Positions 59,006 through 64,000 of a DNA stretch of 64,000 nt are shown in pieces. Source of the stretch: Caulobacteraceae bacterium (lineage in GTDB: Bacteria; Pseudomonadota; Alphaproteobacteria; Caulobacterales; Caulobacteraceae). Position 1 is the stretch's first letter. Every line of letters starts with the position of its first letter. The notes beneath the pieces are model-generated. The model had not been told where the DNA came from, did not search any database, and was given only the letters and a program-made list of their open reading frames with translations. The DNA lies in assembly GCA_035604135.1 (NCBI GenBank), contig DATNJB010000085.1, forward strand, positions 13,451 through 77,450, in the 5' to 3' direction. A program made the position numbers and the translations under genes.

Positions 59006-61249
59006 ATGGCCGTCGACGCGTCGCGTTCAGAGGACGATTCGAGTCCAACCCTTCCCCGCGTGGCCGGCGCGTGGCGAGCCCGCCTGCCCGCGGGATCGGC
59101 CCTAGGCGCGGGCTATGCGCTGGCGGCGGCGCTGATCGGCATCGCGGTCTGGATGGCCTCCTCCGCGCCGGTGACCGGCCCGGTCGGGCCGCCAAGCCGG
59201 GCTATCCTGATCGTTCTGGGCTTGAACCTCGTGCTGATCGGCGGGCTCGCCTTCGTGGCCGGCGGCCGCGTCTTTCGCCTGGTCGTCGCTCAGCGGCGCG
59301 ATGCTGGTGCGCGGCTGCACCTGCGCTTTGTGGCCGTCTTTGCAACGGCGGCTGTGGCGCCGGCGATCGTGGTGGCCATCGTCTTCGGGGTCCTGGTCAA
59401 CCAGAGCGTCGACAGCTGGTTCAGCCATCGCGTCGCTACCGTGGTGGAGAACTCGGCGACGGTGGCCCGGTCCTACGTCCGCTCGCAGATGGACTTCATC
59501 CGCGACAACGTCTCCTTGATGGCCGAGGACCTGAACCACGCCGCGCCGGAGCTGAAGCAGAATCCGATCCGCTTCAGCCAGTTCCTCGCGGTGCAGGCGT
59601 CGCTGCGCGGGTTTCCCGCCGTCTATGTGCTCGACCGGGACGGCCGTGTGTTGGCGCGCGCCGAGGTCGACGCGCCGCCCGAGTTCCTCGCTCCGCCGCC
59701 GGCCGCATTCGCCGCCGCCGACTCGGGCGTGATCGACGCCGAGCGCTTCGACTCCACCGACATGATCCGCGCGCTCTACAAGCTGAAGGGCTTCGACGAC
59801 GCCTATCTCTACGTCGCCCGGCCGGTCGAGCGGGGCATCCTGACCCACCTGAGCGAAACCAACGACTCGCTCGCCGCCTATCGAGATACCGCCGCCAACC
59901 GCGACCGCATCGAGGCGGCGCTGGAGCTCTCCTACATTGAGACCGTGCTGCTTGTGCTGGTCGGCGCGGTCTGGATCGGCATGGCCGCTGCGAGCGGCAT
60001 ATCCGGGCCGGTCGCCCGCCTGATCCAGGCGGCCGACCGCATCGCCGCCGGCGATCTCGCCGCCCGCGTCAACGTTGGCCCCGGCTCACAGGAGATGAGC
60101 GATCTTGCGAGGTCGTTCAATCGGATGACCGGGGACCTTCAGGAGCAACAGGCGGCCTTGCGCGCCGCCGGCGAGGAGGCGGAGTCGCGACGCCAGTTCA
60201 TCGAGACGGTGCTCTCGGGCGTGAGCGCCGGCGTGATCAGCGTCGACGGCGAGGGCCGCATCCTCACCCTAAACCGCCAGGCTGCGGTCCTGCTGGGTCT
60301 GCCGGCGAGCGCGGCGCATGGCAAACGCCTGGACGAAGCCGCGCCGGAGTTCGCCGACGTGGTCGCCGAGGCGCAGGAGTACGGCGGCGACGCCGAGGCC
60401 GAAATCGACCTTGTCCGCGAGCGGGAGACCCGGCGGCTTCGTGTGCGCGCCAGCGGCCATGCGGACGGCGGATTGGTGCTGACCTTCGACGACATCACCC
60501 GCCTGGTCACCGCCCAGCGCAACGCCGCCTGGAAGGACGTGGCCCGCCGCATCGCCCACGAGATCAAGAACCCACTGACGCCGATCCAGCTCTCCGCCGA
60601 GCGGCTGAAGCGAAAGTTCCGCAAGGATATCGTTGGCGACCTCGAGACCTTCGACCGCTGCACGGAGACGATCATCCGCCAGGTCGGCGACGTGAGCCGA
60701 ATGGTCGACGAGTTTTCCGCCTTTGCCCGCATGCCGGCGCCGAAGTTCGAGCGAGCTGACGCCGCCGAGCTGTTGCGCCAAGCGGTCTTCGCCCAGCGCG
60801 TTGCCCACCCGGAGACCGAGGTCGAGCTCGCCGAGCCGATGGAGCCCGCGCCCGCGCTCTGCGACGAGCGGATGATCGGTCAGGCGCTGGCGAATGTGCT
60901 GAAGAACGCCGGCGAGGCGATCGCCGCGCGCAAGCGGACGGAGCCGGGGCTGAAGGGACGGATACGGGCGAGGCTCGTCGTCGAGGGCGACGATCTCGCC
61001 TTCGAGATCGAAGACAACGGCAAGGGTCTGCCCGCCAAGGATCGTGACCGGTTGACCGAGCCCTACGTGACGACGCGCGAGAAAGGCACGGGCCTCGGAC
61101 TCGCGATCGTGAAGCGAATCATGGAGGACCACGGCGGCGCTTTGGTGCTCCTGGACGCGGCCGAGCGCCCAGGCGCGAAAGCGGTGTTGCGGCTGCCGCG
61201 GATGAAGACACTCGATGTGCGGGCCGAGACGGATACGGAAGCGGCGTGA
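59006..61249 (+). CDS. ntrY: Sensor histidine kinase NtrY
   Basis: WFS periplasmic motif, HAMP, PAS, AWKDVARRIAHEIKNPLTPIQLSAERL, PYVTTREKGTGLGL. Confidence 0.94.
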   Translation: MAVDASRSEDDSSPTLPRVAGAWRARLPAGSALGAGYALAAALIGIAVWMASSAPVTGPVGPPSRAILIVLGLNLVLIGGLAFVAGGRVFRLVVAQRRDAGARLHLRFVAVFATAAVAPAIVVAIVFGVLVNQSVDSWFSHRVATVVENSATVARSYVRSQMDFIRDNVSLMAEDLNHAAPELKQNPIRFSQFLAVQASLRGFPAVYVLDRDGRVLARAEVDAPPEFLAPPPAAFAAADSGVIDAERFDSTDMIRALYKLKGFDDAYLYVARPVERGILTHLSETNDSLAAYRDTAANRDRIEAALELSYIETVLLVLVGAVWIGMAAASGISGPVARLIQAADRIAAGDLAARVNVGPGSQEMSDLARSFNRMTGDLQEQQAALRAAGEEAESRRQFIETVLSGVSAGVISVDGEGRILTLNRQAAVLLGLPASAAHGKRLDEAAPEFADVVAEAQEYGGDAEAEIDLVRERETRRLRVRASGHADGGLVLTFDDITRLVTAQRNAAWKDVARRIAHEIKNPLTPIQLSAERLKRKFRKDIVGDLETFDRCTETIIRQVGDVSRMVDEFSAFARMPAPKFERADAAELLRQAVFAQRVAHPETEVELAEPMEPAPALCDERMIGQALANVLKNAGEAIAARKRTEPGLKGRIRARLVVEGDDLAFEIEDNGKGLPAKDRDRLTEPYVTTREKGTGLGLAIVKRIMEDHGGALVLLDAAERPGAKAVLRLPRMKTLDVRAETDTEAA

Positions 61250-61257
61250 GAGGTTCC

Positions 61258-62649
61258 ATGGCGACCGACATCCTCGTGGTCGACGACGAAGCCGACATCC
61301 GCGACCAGGTCGCGGGCATCCTGTCGGATGAAGGCTACGCGGTGCGCACCGCGCAGGACTCGGAGTCGGCGCTCGCCTCGATCGGCGCGCGGAAGCCGGC
61401 GCTGCTCGTGCTCGACATCTGGATGAACGGCGGCGGCATGGACGGGCTCGAGCTGCTCGACCTGGTCAAGTCGCTCGACGGCGACCTGCCGGTGATCATG
61501 ATCTCTGGGCACGGCAACATCGAAACGGCCGTCAGCGCCATCAAGCGGGGCGCCTACGACTTCCTGGAAAAGCCATTCAAATCCGACCGTCTGCTGCTGG
61601 TCGTCGAGCGGGCGCTCGAACAGGCCCAGCTCAAGCGCGAGAACCGCAGGCTGCGGACGCAGGCGTTCTCGCCCGATACCTTCATCGGCAAGTCGACGGC
61701 CGCCCAACAGCTCAGGCAGCTGATCGCCAAGCTCGGCCCGGCCAACAGCCGGCTCCTCGTCTCCGGACCGCCGGGCGCCGGCAAGGAGCTGGTGGCGCGG
61801 CTGATCCATTCCGCCGGTCCGCGCGCGAAGGGCGAGTTCATCGCCATCGGCGCGGCCGGCATGACGCCCGACCGGATGGACCTGGAGCTGTTCGGCGAGG
61901 AAGGCGAGGGCGGCCGCCCGCGCAAAATCGGCGTCTTCGAACGCGCCCACGGCGGCGCGCTCTACCTGCACGAAGTCGCCGACATGCCGCGGGAGACCCA
62001 GGGGCGCATCTTGCGGGTCCTGGTCGAACAGCGCTTCCGCCGCGTGGGTGGCGACCAGGAGGTGCAGGTCGACGTCCGTGTGATCTCATCGACGTCGCGC
62101 GACCTGCGCGATGAGATCGTCGCCGGCCGCTTCCGCGAAGATCTCTACCACCGCCTGAACGTGGTGCCTGTGCATGTGCCAGGCCTCACCGAGCGGCGCG
62201 AGGACATCGCCCAGCTGGTCGAGTACTTCATCGACCGCATCTCCGAGGCGACGGGCCTGCCGCGCCGCCGGCTAAGCGACGACGCCATCGCCACGCTGCA
62301 GGTCCACGATTGGCCCGGCAACGTCCAGCAGCTCAGGAACAACGTCGAGCGCATGCTGATCCTGGCCGCTGGAGACCCCAACGAGCCGATCACAGCGGAC
62401 ATGCTGCCGGCCGAGGTCGCCGCGGCCGGCCAGGTAGGGCAAATCGGGTCAGAGCGCATCCTCGCCCGGCCCCTGCGGGACGCCCGTGAGGTGTTCGAGC
62501 GCGAATATCTGAACGCCCAGATCGTTCGGTTCGGCGGCAACATCTCTCGCACCGCCAACTTCATCGGCATGGAGCGTTCGGCCCTGCACCGAAAGCTGAA
62601 GTCGCTGGGTGTAGCCCCCGCCCGGGTCGACGAGGACGAAGACGCCTGA
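61258..62649 (+). CDS. ntrX: Response regulator NtrX
   Basis: LDIWM, ISGHGNIETAV, ELFGEEG (no GAFTGA), TANFIGMERSALHRKLK. Confidence 0.95.
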   Translation: MATDILVVDDEADIRDQVAGILSDEGYAVRTAQDSESALASIGARKPALLVLDIWMNGGGMDGLELLDLVKSLDGDLPVIMISGHGNIETAVSAIKRGAYDFLEKPFKSDRLLLVVERALEQAQLKRENRRLRTQAFSPDTFIGKSTAAQQLRQLIAKLGPANSRLLVSGPPGAGKELVARLIHSAGPRAKGEFIAIGAAGMTPDRMDLELFGEEGEGGRPRKIGVFERAHGGALYLHEVADMPRETQGRILRVLVEQRFRRVGGDQEVQVDVRVISSTSRDLRDEIVAGRFREDLYHRLNVVPVHVPGLTERREDIAQLVEYFIDRISEATGLPRRRLSDDAIATLQVHDWPGNVQQLRNNVERMLILAAGDPNEPITADMLPAEVAAAGQVGQIGSERILARPLRDAREVFEREYLNAQIVRFGGNISRTANFIGMERSALHRKLKSLGVAPARVDEDEDA

Positions 62650-63512
62650 TGGGGCGCATCGCCTACGTGAACGGCCGCTACGTGCCGCACGGCGACGCCG
62701 TGGTGCATGTCGAGGACCGCGGGTTCCAGTTCGCCGACGGCGTCTACGAGTATTTCGCCGTCTTCTCGGGCCGGCTGGCCGACGCCGAAGGGCATCTCGA
62801 GCGATTGTGGCGCAGTCTGTCCGAGCTCAGCATCCGGCGGCCGATGAGCGAGGCGGCGCTCGTGGTCGTCTTGCACGAAACGGTCAGGCGCAACCGGATC
62901 AAGGACGGCGCAGCCTACGTGCAGATCACCCGCGGCACGGCCCGCCGCGACCACGCCTTCCCGCACCCATCGACGCCACCCAGCGTGGTGGTGACCGCCA
63001 AGACGGTGAACTACGCCGCCGAGCAGGCGAAGGCCGCCAAGGGGGTCGCGGTGCTCACGCAGCCCGACAACCGCTGGGGCCGCTGCGACATCAAGACGGT
63101 GGGCCTCCTGCCCAACGCGCTGGCCAAGCAGGCGGCGCGCGCGGCTGGCGCCTACGAGGCCTGGCTCGTCGACGAGCTGGGCTTCATCACCGAAGGCGCC
63201 TCGACCAACGCCTGGATCGTCGACGCCGACGGAACCGTCCGCACCCGCGACACCAACGCCAACATCCTGCGCGGAATCACGCGTAGAAGCCTCATCGAAC
63301 TGGCCGCGGATGCCGGGCTCAACGTCTCGCAGCGGCCGTTCACCGTCGAGGACGTGAAACACGCCAGGGAGGCCTTCATGACCGCGGCCTCGGCGCTGGT
63401 GCTGCCGGTCGTCGCCATCGACGGAGCGACCATCGGCGACGGTAAGCCAGGGCCTGTCGGGATGAAGCTGCGCGCCTTATATGAGCAGAACGCGCGCGCG
63501 ACCGCGCGCTGA
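62649..63512 (+). CDS. dat: D-amino acid aminotransferase (class IV)
   Basis: [38 protein letters not shown]. Confidence 0.9.
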   Translation: MGRIAYVNGRYVPHGDAVVHVEDRGFQFADGVYEYFAVFSGRLADAEGHLERLWRSLSELSIRRPMSEAALVVVLHETVRRNRIKDGAAYVQITRGTARRDHAFPHPSTPPSVVVTAKTVNYAAEQAKAAKGVAVLTQPDNRWGRCDIKTVGLLPNALAKQAARAAGAYEAWLVDELGFITEGASTNAWIVDADGTVRTRDTNANILRGITRRSLIELAADAGLNVSQRPFTVEDVKHAREAFMTAASALVLPVVAIDGATIGDGKPGPVGMKLRALYEQNARATAR

Positions 63513-63610
63513 GGCTCGCGCCATTGCGGGCGCCCGCCGGGCCGGCCTACATCAAGGACGTGTGTGTGAAAGCGTTGGCTTTCGAACAAAAAAGGAGCGC
63601 GAGAGGCGCC

Positions 63611-63868
63611 ATGTCAACAACGATCGAAAAGAAGCAGAATCTGCAGGACACCTTCCTCAATTCGGTCCGCAAATCGAAGACGCCCCTGACGATCTTCCTG
63701 GTCAATGGGGTCAAGCTTCAGGGGGTGGTCTCCTGGTTCGACAATTTCTGCGTGCTGCTCCGCCGCGATGGGCAATCGCAGCTCGTCTACAAGCACGCCA
63801 TCTCGACCATCATGCCGGCACAGCCCGTACAGCTCTATGAGCCCGGCCCCGACCAGGACAACGATTGA
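63611..63868 (+). CDS. hfq: RNA chaperone Hfq
   Basis: [33 protein letters not shown]. Confidence 0.98.
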   Translation: MSTTIEKKQNLQDTFLNSVRKSKTPLTIFLVNGVKLQGVVSWFDNFCVLLRRDGQSQLVYKHAISTIMPAQPVQLYEPGPDQDND

Positions 63869-64000
63869 GCAAGCGTCCGATCGACCATAGGCCGCCCGTC
63901 GAGACGGCCCTCGTTCTCCACCCCGTCAGACCCGGCGTCGACGGCGCACGCGACCCAGCAGCCCGGCTCGCCGAAGCGCGTGGCCTGGCCGAGGCCCTAG
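63865..64000 (+). CDS. hflX: GTPase HflX, 5' fragment (truncated by window edge)
   Basis: TTG start overlapping the hfq stop; ALVLHP...[12 protein letters not shown] resembles the HflX N-terminus; conserved hfq-hflX order. Confidence 0.75.
   Translation, partial: MSKRPIDHRPPVETALVLHPVRPGVDGARDPAARLAEARGLAEAL

Overview
High-GC alphaproteobacterial chromosome segment, very probably Caulobacteraceae (PopA-like gene, GAFTGA-less NtrC, Caulobacter-like gene order). Core blocks: nuoLMN-birA-coaX-rnj ... mce-DUF1467-lolE-lolD; rlmD; recG/sdhE-mfd; popA; gmd-fcl; rpmF-eno-ftsB-pdhA-pdhB-pdhC-gpx-lpdA; lipA-ratA; cinA-ispDF; ntrB-ntrC-ntrY-ntrX-dat-hfq-hflX. Small accessory genes are interspersed. 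I saw no tRNA, rRNA, CRISPR array, transposase, integrase or prophage gene. Most notable signals: (1) four intergenic palindromic elements (8.8-19.9 kb) whose arms are built from ~9-nt periodic units that differ in sequence between copies but share one grammar and terminal TTNACCRC...GYGGTNAA ends, a candidate non-autonomous mobile or REP-like family; (2) two CIR-like palindromic repeats inserted in frame in the lipoyl linkers of pdhB and pdhC; (3) an unannotated three-hairpin sRNA candidate with UCCC loops and a U-tract at 29.1 kb; (4) a DUF2946 uORF ending in QAPP upstream of a CACGC-tipped outer-membrane beta-barrel; (5) a TIR-TM-Cys-rich protein; (6) a small secreted 8-Cys peptide; (7) a 28-bp inverted repeat enclosing a (CAC)n loop; (8) proS and dusB missing from their usual operon positions; (9) a frameshifted DsbA/HCCA isomerase. 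All family assignments come from motif recognition by eye. No database searches were run.
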